In this document: positions 53,338 to 62,398 of the stretch, in pieces
Numbering within the stretch: position 1 is the stretch's first letter
How the letters are laid out: every line of letters begins with the position of its first letter
Origin: Ignisphaera sp.
Lineage (GTDB): Archaea > Thermoproteota > Thermoprotei_A > Sulfolobales > Ignisphaeraceae
Assembly (NCBI GenBank): GCA_038889075.1
Contig: JAWAHS010000003.1
Coordinates: 17,564 to 81,563 of the forward strand
DNA length: 64,000 nt
Direction: 5' to 3'
Notes under the pieces: model-generated
The model's database searches: none
The model's input: the letters and a program-made list of their open reading frames with translations, nothing else
Told to the model about the DNA's origin: nothing
Position numbers and translations under genes: made by a program

Positions 53338-54156
53338 TTAGAGAGATTCTAAGAGCTCTATGTCACGCTCATCAAGCCTCCATCCCATAGCATCCTTAAT
53401 TTCCATAACATGACTCTTCTGCTCCGTCTTGGTAATCGCCATTACGTAGGGTCTTGAAATTATAAAGTTCAAGGCTATTTGTGCAGGTGTCTTATTGTAA
53501 ACATCCGCTATTTTGATTAGAAGTGGGTGTTTTATTACGGATCCTTTGCCAAGAGGACTGCATGCCTGTATTAATATACTATTTTTAATTGCAAATGGTA
53601 GCAAATCCTTTTCAATTTTTTTGTTAAGAATGTTATATGTCACTTGGTTCACAACAATACGATATTTTCTAGTACTTTCAATTGCTTCTTTCAATTCCTT
53701 TAACCTAAAATTGCTTACACCAATATATCTTGTGTAGCCCCGTTCAGCAAGCATTTCCAGTATTCTAATCTGATGACTAATAGATAAAAGCTCGTGAATT
53801 CCGTGCACTAGTAGCAAATCTACATAACTCGTTCTAAGGCGCTTTAATGATATCTGAACGGCCTTAATTGCGCTCTCCTCGTTGGTCAAGTTATAAGATA
53901 GTATTTTTATCACTATAAAAATCCCATCTCTACCAACCTTTGAAACCAATCGACCAATAAGCTCCTCTGCTAATCCGTCAGCATACATTCCAGCCGTTTC
54001 GAATACATTAATACCCATTTCAACAGCACTACTTAGTGCTTCTTCAGCATTTCTATAGTTGTAGATGTTCCAAGTTCCGATACCTATGGCATTTATATAC
54101 TCACCAGAATTGCCTAACGGTTTACGATCCTCTTTATCAATATTGAAACGTGGAAT
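53338..54156 (-). CDS. Aldo/keto reductase; probable non-canonical (ATT) start
   Basis: Frame stays open upstream of ATG 54018 and encodes RKPLGNSGEYINAIGIGTW; then ETA.MY, SLKRL...YVDL..H, IGVSNF, NQV.Y, SPLG.G, TPAQIAL. Confidence 0.88.
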   Translation of the reverse strand: MPRFNIDKEDRKPLGNSGEYINAIGIGTWNIYNYRNAEEALSSAVEMGINVFETAGMYADGLAEELIGRLVSKVGRDGIFIVIKILSYNLTNEESAIKAVQISLKRLRTSYVDLLLVHGIHELLSISHQIRILEMLAERGYTRYIGVSNFRLKELKEAIESTRKYRIVVNQVTYNILNKKIEKDLLPFAIKNSILIQACSPLGKGSVIKHPLLIKIADVYNKTPAQIALNFIISRPYVMAITKTEQKSHVMEIKDAMGWRLDERDIELLESL

Positions 54157-54170
54157 TCTAGCCCACCCCT

Positions 54171-54455
54171 CTAACCTCCTAATGCCAAGGGAAAGAATTC
54201 CAGTTCAGTGCAGTTCTTAGGTAGCATGTCGTCTGGATATAGCTGAACTTCGTTACATAAAACCATAACTTCATCGTAATCGATCTCTAAGGTTAATCCT
54301 TTAACAACCATAGCTACAATGTCTCTAATAGTACTACTTTCCTGTACCACCACCTCTAATATTCTACCCTTATCTCCAAAGCCAAATAACTTAACCTTAA
54401 TTGGTACACTCCCTCTCGGGGTATTCATTCCACTGCAACCTCTACAACCTTGCAC
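54171..54455 (-). CDS. Ubiquitin-like sulfur carrier (MoaD/ThiS/SAMP family)
   Basis: IKVKLFG, T..D, V..N, FFP...GG C-terminus; start uncertain. Confidence 0.85.
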   Translation of the reverse strand: MQGCRGCSGMNTPRGSVPIKVKLFGFGDKGRILEVVVQESSTIRDIVAMVVKGLTLEIDYDEVMVLCNEVQLYPDDMLPKNCTELEFFPLALGG

Positions 54456-54767
54456 CTGTATATACCATTAGGCCTATAAGATATATCTTTTTATATCTCC
54501 TATTATATTTATCGCACCAAATACCTTCTACCACTGTTCTTCAACCTGCTATTCTCATTTATTCCATTTAATTACCAATACGTATATTAAACGCTTATTA
54601 ATTCCATCTATCATCGTATCGTCAAACCGAGTAGAGTAGACAACTATCCTATACCATAATACATGATGAGGTAATTATACCAAACAATACAAACCTGTAT
54701 CAGAGTGAGTCCCTATCATGGATATGTTTATTGAGAGATCTGGCATGAGTATGTTCATTAATGCTAC

Positions 54768-55499
54768 TTACTGACTTAGTGAAATTACATAACCTAACTG
54801 CAAACCTTTTCTAATTGTTAATGGTACATATCCACCGATAATCACTATCTTGGGAATACCATTAAAAGGACCTGTAATGACCTCATTTAGAAATTTTACA
54901 CCAAGTAATGATAACTGTTGCACTGGTTTTATTAATATAGCTTGGTTTTGGCCAACCTCTATGATCTCATTAGGTATGGCTATATATGCTTCTCTCGGAT
55001 TAATGGTATAGGCTTCCTGCATAGGTAAAGGTATTGATAGCTGTAAAAGCTTATCCATAACTTCATCTATGGATTCTCCATGTAGTAGCAGCCCATTGTA
55101 TTGGGCAATTTCTTTTCCAATGTTTGTCAGATATACGGTTGCATTCTGTTCACCGTTAGTAATTTGATCACCCTTCGCTATAGAATATCTATCAATCCTT
55201 ATAAGACCTAGCTGCTCCAGCTTTTGAATTCTAGATAATAACTCTCTTTCAGCAAAATTAGAACTAAGCGCTCTCAGTATACCATCGGGTACCATATCTC
55301 TTAGCAGCGGTATTGAAATAGATTCCTGCCATTTAGGAGCAAGTGCCGTAATTACAGTAATGACGTTTAGTTCACTAAGTGGTGCCTTACCGCCAAATTT
55401 TTCAAATACAAATTTTATTATAGCGATATCCATAGTATCAAGCAACGATAGATCTAACAATTTATAATCAATTCTATTAAATGTTATTAGTTTGATCAT
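54768..55499 (-). CDS. Winged-helix protein fused to a degenerate dCTP deaminase/dUTPase-like domain
   Basis: ELLSRIQKLEQLGLI...VYLT..G (wHTH); the C-terminal ~85 aa follow the Dcd pattern by eye. Confidence 0.6.
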   Translation of the reverse strand: MIKLITFNRIDYKLLDLSLLDTMDIAIIKFVFEKFGGKAPLSELNVITVITALAPKWQESISIPLLRDMVPDGILRALSSNFAERELLSRIQKLEQLGLIRIDRYSIAKGDQITNGEQNATVYLTNIGKEIAQYNGLLLHGESIDEVMDKLLQLSIPLPMQEAYTINPREAYIAIPNEIIEVGQNQAILIKPVQQLSLLGVKFLNEVITGPFNGIPKIVIIGGYVPLTIRKGLQLGYVISLSQ

Positions 55500-55582
55500 G
55501 TTCCATCCTCTTAAACTCCATTTTTAAGTAATTAGTCGCATAGTAGCATATTAATCTATCTATCTAAAAATTTTATGAAATT

Positions 55583-55629
55583 GTGATGAGCATTATCATC
55601 TGATAGGTGATGTATTCGAACCTCACTGA
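55583..55629 (+). ncRNA. Box C/D methylation guide sRNA (D guide antisense to tRNA T-arm)
   Basis: C GTGATGA, guide GCATTATCAT, D' CTGA, C' GTGATGT, guide ATTCGAACCTCA, D CTGA. Confidence 0.9.
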
Positions 55630-55635
55630 TTCGAA

Positions 55636-56712
55636 CTAAGCAACCAACTCTATCTTAATTGCATTATTTTCATGCACTATTTGTTCAATTATTGTACTTA
55701 ACCAAATTCTACGTGTACTTATATTCCCCAATTCTGCAAATATTTTAAATGGTGAAACTATAGAAACCTTCTTTAATGAAGTGTACAAATTGCTGTGCGC
55801 CATAAACTTTATTAATTGTTTAACGCTATACCAATTCGCATAGGGTATCCATATATAGTAATACTTTGAATTGCTAGAATATTCTCTATAAATAGCATAT
55901 GAACTCCAGAATTCAATGTATAGATGCGATCCCTCTCCCCTTTGTAGGAGCTCATCAATAAGCACTCCCAATGCGTCGAACCTGTATATGATATCAATGC
56001 CCTCTAAATCATTAAGACATATCAAAGGACTACAAGTATTGTAGATGTGGAACTCACTTATGGGAAGCTCTTCTCCACTATTTTGGACGTCCTTAGTATT
56101 TCCACTTAGTACAAAAATGGTGTACTCATTATCTTTTCTTAAAGCAGTAAAGTTCTCAAACTCAATGTTAAAGATGTTAGTCTCTACATCTGGAAATGTA
56201 TTTGAAATGAGGTCACCTACATCAAAAGCGATAATCATAGGTATGGAATACGCAATAACCTCGTTAAATGCTATTGGATCATATATGAATGCTATATTAC
56301 GAATCAATTTATTAAGTAAGGCATCTCTTCTCATTCTATTTAGATCCTCCATACAGATTTCTATATCTTCAAGAAAGAGTTTGAAACGAAATGTATTGGA
56401 ATGTCCAGCTCTTTTTACAAAAGCGAGAATCGTACTTGGAAGTATATGGAAATGCTCTAAAGTTGCTATATATGGTGCTATACCAATGGTAGGTGTAACA
56501 ATAATTTTACTTCTTTTGCTCTCTAAAAATTTAATATAATTGAGATAGTGTTTTACAACATTTCGTACTTCACTACATTTTCTAATAGATAGTATTTCCC
56601 TAAATCCTCGAATGCCTCGTATGGAGGTAACATATTGTATTAGCGGCAATACAGAAGCTGTGATTAAAGATCGTGAACCTGCAAACATTCTATATCTCCA
56701 GACATATACCAT
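55636..56712 (-). CDS. Hypothetical protein
   Basis: 358-aa open frame, AT-rich, aromatic-rich; no motif recognised. Confidence 0.75.
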   Translation of the reverse strand: MVYVWRYRMFAGSRSLITASVLPLIQYVTSIRGIRGFREILSIRKCSEVRNVVKHYLNYIKFLESKRSKIIVTPTIGIAPYIATLEHFHILPSTILAFVKRAGHSNTFRFKLFLEDIEICMEDLNRMRRDALLNKLIRNIAFIYDPIAFNEVIAYSIPMIIAFDVGDLISNTFPDVETNIFNIEFENFTALRKDNEYTIFVLSGNTKDVQNSGEELPISEFHIYNTCSPLICLNDLEGIDIIYRFDALGVLIDELLQRGEGSHLYIEFWSSYAIYREYSSNSKYYYIWIPYANWYSVKQLIKFMAHSNLYTSLKKVSIVSPFKIFAELGNISTRRIWLSTIIEQIVHENNAIKIELVA

Positions 56713-56784
56713 GATTTATAAATAGTTCGGTTGGTATAATGGATCAACATTACTTAAGAAGGTAGTTCTTTGTAGTAATATATC

Positions 56785-57330
56785 GTGAGAGCCGTGAAGA
56801 AAGTTCACAGAGGAGATGATGGATACACCGATATATTTGGACTAAGGTTGCCTAAAGATTCACCTATAATTGAATTGATTGGAGAATTGGATGAGTTAGT
56901 ATCATTAATTGGTGTAGTAAAGTCTATATTGAAGGAGAATAGTGCATTTCTCGATATTGTTAATAACTTAACCGCGATACAGAGAAAGCTTATGTACATA
57001 GCTAGTTATGTTGCTAGTAAAGGTGATAGTAGAGTTGGTCCTCCGATCACTTATGATGATGTGGCTGCCCTTGAAAAGGCAATCGATATTCTGTGGAGTG
57101 CCCAAACTATGAGTAGATTTACTATCCCTGGTAGCTCCAAGGAATCAGCATTGCTACATCTATTAAGAGCAGTATGTAGACGTGTAGAAAGAAGAGCTGT
57201 AACGTTATTAAGAAATGGAGCAATAGATCCTTTAATACATGTATTCTTGAATAGATTATCAGATTGGTTGTATGTTAGTGCATTGTATATAAATAAAGTA
57301 ATGAATATAGAAGAAGATTATTTACATTAG
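56785..57330 (+). CDS. ATP:cob(I)alamin adenosyltransferase (PduO type)
   Basis: GD.G.T, K.S..I...G..DEL...IG, IQ, F..PG....A.LH..R..CRR.ER, NRLSD.L. Confidence 0.93.
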   Translation: MRAVKKVHRGDDGYTDIFGLRLPKDSPIIELIGELDELVSLIGVVKSILKENSAFLDIVNNLTAIQRKLMYIASYVASKGDSRVGPPITYDDVAALEKAIDILWSAQTMSRFTIPGSSKESALLHLLRAVCRRVERRAVTLLRNGAIDPLIHVFLNRLSDWLYVSALYINKVMNIEEDYLH

Positions 57331-57385
57331 CTACCATACAACATTATTGGAAGTTGCGTTATCATTTAACTAGGAATGTTAGCTA

Positions 57386-58084
57386 TTATGGCTTCACTAT
57401 AATACTGTGACACCAATCCCAACCGATTTTTGAAAGGAGTTGTACAGAAATCTCTATAGCCTTCTTAACCATATCCTTATCGACACCGTAGACGCCGGCT
57501 GCTATAATAATAATCTTACGTGTTTCATTCCTAATCATCGTATCGATACCATCTCTATGGGGATATATGTGCATCACAGTACCCTTTGCATCAACTAGTA
57601 TCGGCATGTTCTTCCTAAGCCTTTCCTCAGCACCTCCTATAGGCCTAAACACTTCATCCCCTCTACTTAACTTAAGGATAAGGGGTGGTATACAGCGTTC
57701 TAAATCATATATTCCTATGGGTACCATAGTGTATGCTGACGCTATATTACCTGCGTCAACAATTGGATTTATTCTTGGGAAAGAATTTCGAAGAATTCTC
57801 CTAACCAGAGCTTCACTAGATGGTCTAGTCTTTGTTGGGTCTATTCCAATCTTCCAGAAGAATTCCCTATAAGCTCGTATAGTTTTATCATTCCTTAGTG
57901 TATCGAGAGAATATTTGTTCTTTATATAGTTTACCAGCCCCTGGACATCAATTTCAAATGGATCACCCTCATAATCAGCCATACTACTGGCTTTCCACGA
58001 AATTGTGTAAGCTATAAAAATACCCATATTCCTAACGTTTTCATCAAGTGATATGAGACTTTCAAGCATATTACATAGCTCCAT
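57386..58084 (-). CDS. Stand-alone B3/4 domain protein
   Basis: AYR.FFW..GIDPTK.RPSSEAL.RR, P.IN..VD..N..S, P.G.YD, F.P.G. Confidence 0.9.
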   Translation of the reverse strand: MELCNMLESLISLDENVRNMGIFIAYTISWKASSMADYEGDPFEIDVQGLVNYIKNKYSLDTLRNDKTIRAYREFFWKIGIDPTKTRPSSEALVRRILRNSFPRINPIVDAGNIASAYTMVPIGIYDLERCIPPLILKLSRGDEVFRPIGGAEERLRKNMPILVDAKGTVMHIYPHRDGIDTMIRNETRKIIIIAAGVYGVDKDMVKKAIEISVQLLSKIGWDWCHSIIVKP

Positions 58085-58159
58085 AAATCTCAGCCGTACC
58101 TCTCAGAATCGACTAACACCTAATATAGTTAGTTACTAAAAATTTTTCTAAGGAAATAG

Positions 58160-58768
58160 GTGCGTGGCAATATGTACTGGTATGGCTATGACAATAGTTC
58201 ACGAATTAGAGAACTACTGGACTTTATATCATCTATGATAGTTTTGAGTTTTGCATTTTCATACAACTATATAATTCATGGCAGATCCGAATTAGTACCA
58301 GCTGTTATAATAGCCATAACCTCATCCTTCGCTTTACACGAATTTGCCCATAGATATATAGCTAGAGCTAATGGTGCTTATGCTAAGTATAGGGCTTGGT
58401 ATATGGGATTGCTAATAGCACTCGTACTCACTATAGCCACACAAGGTAGATTTACCTTTGCTGCACCAGGTGCCGTCACAGTTTATACCCCTTGGTATTC
58501 TCACGAAATTGAGGCTTCTATAGCATTAGCAGGTCCATTAATAAATATTGCTATAGGCTTTATCTGCCTAATCTCATCGCTTTTTACACAAGGTATAGTT
58601 CACCAATATCTGAGAATCATAGGAGGTATAAACAGTTTTATAGCCTTATTCAATTTGCTTCCTATGCCTCCTCTTGATGGTTATAAAGTTTTTAGAGCTA
58701 ATATAATTAAATGGCTCGTCTCATTTGTATTCTCTATACTTCTCTGGATAGCTTATCTACTTTCATAG
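58160..58768 (+). CDS. Site-2 protease family (M50) membrane metalloprotease
   Basis: HEFAH, APGAV, AGP..N, FNLLP.PPLDG.K. Confidence 0.93.
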   Translation: MRGNMYWYGYDNSSRIRELLDFISSMIVLSFAFSYNYIIHGRSELVPAVIIAITSSFALHEFAHRYIARANGAYAKYRAWYMGLLIALVLTIATQGRFTFAAPGAVTVYTPWYSHEIEASIALAGPLINIAIGFICLISSLFTQGIVHQYLRIIGGINSFIALFNLLPMPPLDGYKVFRANIIKWLVSFVFSILLWIAYLLS

Positions 58769-58813
58769 AAACTTTAAAAATATGTTAGTAGATTAGCTAT
58801 GGTGGTTTGAGCA

Positions 58814-59557
58814 ATGTCTAAAGAGATCGTATCCGTTGACAATCTTACTAAGATTTATCCTGGTGGTGTAAAGGGTGCAGATGGTGTTACTTTTACTGTT
58901 AGAAAAGGAGAAGTATTCGGGCTGATAGGTCCCAATGGAGCTGGCAAAACAACCGTGCTTAGAATTATAGCTACAATTCTTCAGCCATCAAGTGGTAAGG
59001 TTACGGTTGCCGGCTACGATGTTGTTAAGGAGGCTGATATGGTTAGAAAGATGATTAGCTATCTTCCTGAAGACGCTGGTGCATATAAGTATCTAACTGG
59101 GTTAGAGTTCATGAAGTTTATAGCCAGACTATATAGTTTTAAGGAGTCTGATATAGAGAAAATTGTCAGAGAAGGTATCCAAGTTAGTGGCCTTGGTGAG
59201 AGACTTAAAGATAAGATTAAATCTTATAGTAAGGGTATGTTAAGAAGACTTCTAGTGGCTAGAACACTTATGGTCAATCCAATGCTTGCCATCTTAGATG
59301 AACCAACGTCGGGATTGGATGTAATTAATGCTATGCAGATCAGAAATACAATAAAGAGTTATACCAGAGAGAGAGGTGTGACGATACTTATGAGTAGTCA
59401 TAATATGCTAGAGGTTGAGTACCTCTGTGATAGAATAGGTATTATATATAGGGGAAGGATGCTTGCTATAGGTGAACCGCGAGAATTAAAAGAATTATAT
59501 GGTGCTCAAAACCTTGAAGAGGTCTTTGTAAAACTAATAGAAAGTGCATCGTATTAG
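58814..59557 (+). CDS. ABC-2 type exporter ATP-binding protein
   Basis: GPNGAGKT, YSKGM, ILDEPTSGLD, SSH. Confidence 0.95.
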   Translation: MSKEIVSVDNLTKIYPGGVKGADGVTFTVRKGEVFGLIGPNGAGKTTVLRIIATILQPSSGKVTVAGYDVVKEADMVRKMISYLPEDAGAYKYLTGLEFMKFIARLYSFKESDIEKIVREGIQVSGLGERLKDKIKSYSKGMLRRLLVARTLMVNPMLAILDEPTSGLDVINAMQIRNTIKSYTRERGVTILMSSHNMLEVEYLCDRIGIIYRGRMLAIGEPRELKELYGAQNLEEVFVKLIESASY

Positions 59558-60865
59558 ATGGTGATGGATATGTTCTGGGTTTTTGTTGAGAAAGAACTAA
59601 AAAGTATTGTAAGAGATCCAAAAATTGTGATTGCAATGTTTATAGTACCCTTAATAATAATTATAATATTCTACGCCATTGTAGGTCATGGTATACAGCA
59701 ACAGATAGCCCAAGCTGTTAAGGAGAGTGGAACCGTGGCAGTCATAGATCTCGATAATGATATCCACTCTCGTAATTTCATTTCTTTTCTAAGGCAGTTG
59801 GGCGTCGATGTAAGGCTTTTAGACGAGAATCTGCATACAAACATAAGCAAAGCTCTAGAAGTATCTGGTACCAAGATTCTCTATATTATACCAATGGGAT
59901 TCAGCAAAAATATAACCAATTTCTCCATAACCTCAATTAAAATCTATGTCAAATTGGGATCGCTTACAATAGGAGAAAGTGGTATTATAGATCTTGCTAC
60001 AAGACTTGTCGAACGTTTTAATGAAAATATCACTATAACTATAGCCTCGGAAAAGGGTATACCTGCCGAATTCATTAAAAATGCAATTGTTAGAAGACCT
60101 TATGCAGTTATATACAATAGAGTTATTGAAAATCCTTATGCACTATCTACACTTCTATCACTTTCCAGCTTCTTTATACCTCTCATAGTGTTGATGCTCA
60201 TAATGTTGGCATCGCAACTCATTGTTACTAGTATTGCTGTTGAAAAAGAGGAAAAGATGTTTGAAACATTATTGTCTCTACCAATAAATAGAATGAATAT
60301 TATTAGTGCAAAGCTTTTTGTATCGATATCGATAAGCGTAGTGTATATGATTATATATGGACTTGCTCTATTCGGTTACATATTTCAGATCCTAGGTATA
60401 GGAATAGATGTAGGTAGTCTAGAAATGCCTCAGATGCTATCCCTACTTATCTTACAGAAAGATCTCGCAATATCACTCATATTAAATACTATAGGTTTGG
60501 CAATATTTATGCTAATGATTTCTCTAATACTTGGTGTATTTGCTGAGGATGTGCGAACTGCCCAAGCCTTAATAGGCAATATTATGGGACCCCTGGTACT
60601 TCTTGCATACATGCCGATGTTCGTAGATATAAGTGGTGCCAATCAGCTACAAAGAATGCTACTGTCATTAATACCAATAGCTAATACTGTATTTATACCT
60701 AAGCTAGCTATAGTAAACGACCTTACATCCATGTATATGGCTGCGCTTTCAAATATCATATATGGCATAATATTATTTCTATTCATTCAAAGGATTGTGA
60801 ATTCCGAGACGATATTCACAATGAAATTGAAGAGATTGAAGAAACAAAAGATTGGAGAAACATAG
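59558..60865 (+). CDS. ABC-2 type exporter permease (NatB-like)
   Basis: KE....RD, extracellular loop, EKE.K..E.LLSLP..R..I..AK, six TMs. Confidence 0.9.
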   Translation: MVMDMFWVFVEKELKSIVRDPKIVIAMFIVPLIIIIIFYAIVGHGIQQQIAQAVKESGTVAVIDLDNDIHSRNFISFLRQLGVDVRLLDENLHTNISKALEVSGTKILYIIPMGFSKNITNFSITSIKIYVKLGSLTIGESGIIDLATRLVERFNENITITIASEKGIPAEFIKNAIVRRPYAVIYNRVIENPYALSTLLSLSSFFIPLIVLMLIMLASQLIVTSIAVEKEEKMFETLLSLPINRMNIISAKLFVSISISVVYMIIYGLALFGYIFQILGIGIDVGSLEMPQMLSLLILQKDLAISLILNTIGLAIFMLMISLILGVFAEDVRTAQALIGNIMGPLVLLAYMPMFVDISGANQLQRMLLSLIPIANTVFIPKLAIVNDLTSMYMAALSNIIYGIILFLFIQRIVNSETIFTMKLKRLKKQKIGET

Positions 60866-61184
60866 AAATATACAATAGGACTCCATACCCTTATACTTAC
60901 TAGTAAATAGCTCTCGATCTAGGCTATTATGTGGTACATCCTAATCCTCTTCTCTATAAAGAGCGGGCTTTTTAGTACAACTCAATTCAAATCCTTAAAT
61001 ATCCAGATTATCTATAATCTTCATAAAAATGACTCTAAACTAATAGCAAGAATGTTATATAGTATAACGTCATTCTTCCATAGTGTGTAGCATTGTTAAT
61101 GAGATTTCGTTAACTGTGCCATCAGTAAGCTTTAATCGAATTCTATACACTTCCTAGTCTTAGTGAAATGCACAGCTTGCTTAA

Positions 61185-61949
61185 TCATGGTACGGTTGTA
61201 ATAATTTTAATATCACTCCTTTCAATTACATATGGAATCCAGTTAACATAGTGTGGTACACCCTTCATTCTTTTAACTCGGAGTCTCCTTATCATGATCA
61301 ATTCAGTAGATGATGTAAAGGACTTTACAACGGCTTCTGTTAAAATAATGCCATCAACTATATGTTCTATCAATGATAAGAAATTCCTCGCTATTTGTGA
61401 TGATGTATGAAGTGATGATAAAACAATTATGCCTCTTGCTTTTGAAATGTTGGCTCTAAGATTCTTTATGAGTTCTATAGCCTTATTTACTTCATAGAGT
61501 GTTAAGAATTCATTTATTGAATCAATGATAAATAGCCCCTTATTCATAATTCTTTGATCATCTAGAATCTTTGTACAAATATTTATTACTTGAGTTAGGT
61601 TTTGTGGATCTACCTCCTCAATAACGCTAATATGCATTCTTTCTTCTTTTCCTCTAATTCTAAAACTATACCCATCTATAATATAGAAAAGTTCCCTCTT
61701 TACATACTCATTAATGCTGACCTCAAATAGCTGAAATTGTTTCACAATAGTTATAGGGTCATCATCTAATGCAAAGTATATTACAGGCTCTCCATTCTCT
61801 AGAAATCTTTTTGCAATACCCATTAAGAGCAAGCTCTTACCAGCCCCACCCTTACCAGCAAAAACGATGAATGAGTTCCTAAGAATTCCTTCAGGGAGGA
61901 TATAATCAAGAGGTTCTATACCAAATTTAGCCTTCTCTATGTTACTCAA
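61185..61949 (-). CDS. KaiC/RAD55-like single-domain RecA-fold ATPase
   Basis: GI..LD....GI, GKGGAGKS, IIDS, EH.VDGII, R.L.V..M.G..H. Confidence 0.88.
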   Translation of the reverse strand: MSNIEKAKFGIEPLDYILPEGILRNSFIVFAGKGGAGKSLLLMGIAKRFLENGEPVIYFALDDDPITIVKQFQLFEVSINEYVKRELFYIIDGYSFRIRGKEERMHISVIEEVDPQNLTQVINICTKILDDQRIMNKGLFIIDSINEFLTLYEVNKAIELIKNLRANISKARGIIVLSSLHTSSQIARNFLSLIEHIVDGIILTEAVVKSFTSSTELIMIRRLRVKRMKGVPHYVNWIPYVIERSDIKIITTVP

Positions 61950-62398
61950 ATTATAAACCCCACATTTACTGAATTTCTAACTTAATGGGTATAATAAGAA
62001 TTTCCGTCTTAGACCTTCAATCACCTTCTACTACAATACTTAACTTAGGAATCTCGTACTACCTTTACAGGAATTCGCCTAGTCTATTTTTAAATTTACT
62101 TAATTCATAGCTAACATAAATACACCAAACTTTCTAATAGCTGAAACCATAGAAATCTTAATAATAACAAGTATCATTACAATATTGAACAAGTCTAGAA
62201 TATGTTATGAGGCTCCTTCCAAGAATGCTTATGATAATTGCTGTTAAATGTTATTATTAAATACATTGAATTTTTAACAATCCAGCTTAGATGTTGACAT
62301 TAAGTATTAACACTTGCTCTTTTTAGTTTAGTAAGATTATATTTTTCTGTTAACTATGTAGCAATAAACCATACTACATTTTAGGAGGGGCGCTAGTC

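Noticed and set aside
54663-54725. C/D-like ATGATGA element
   Set aside because: No correctly spaced CTGA boxes.
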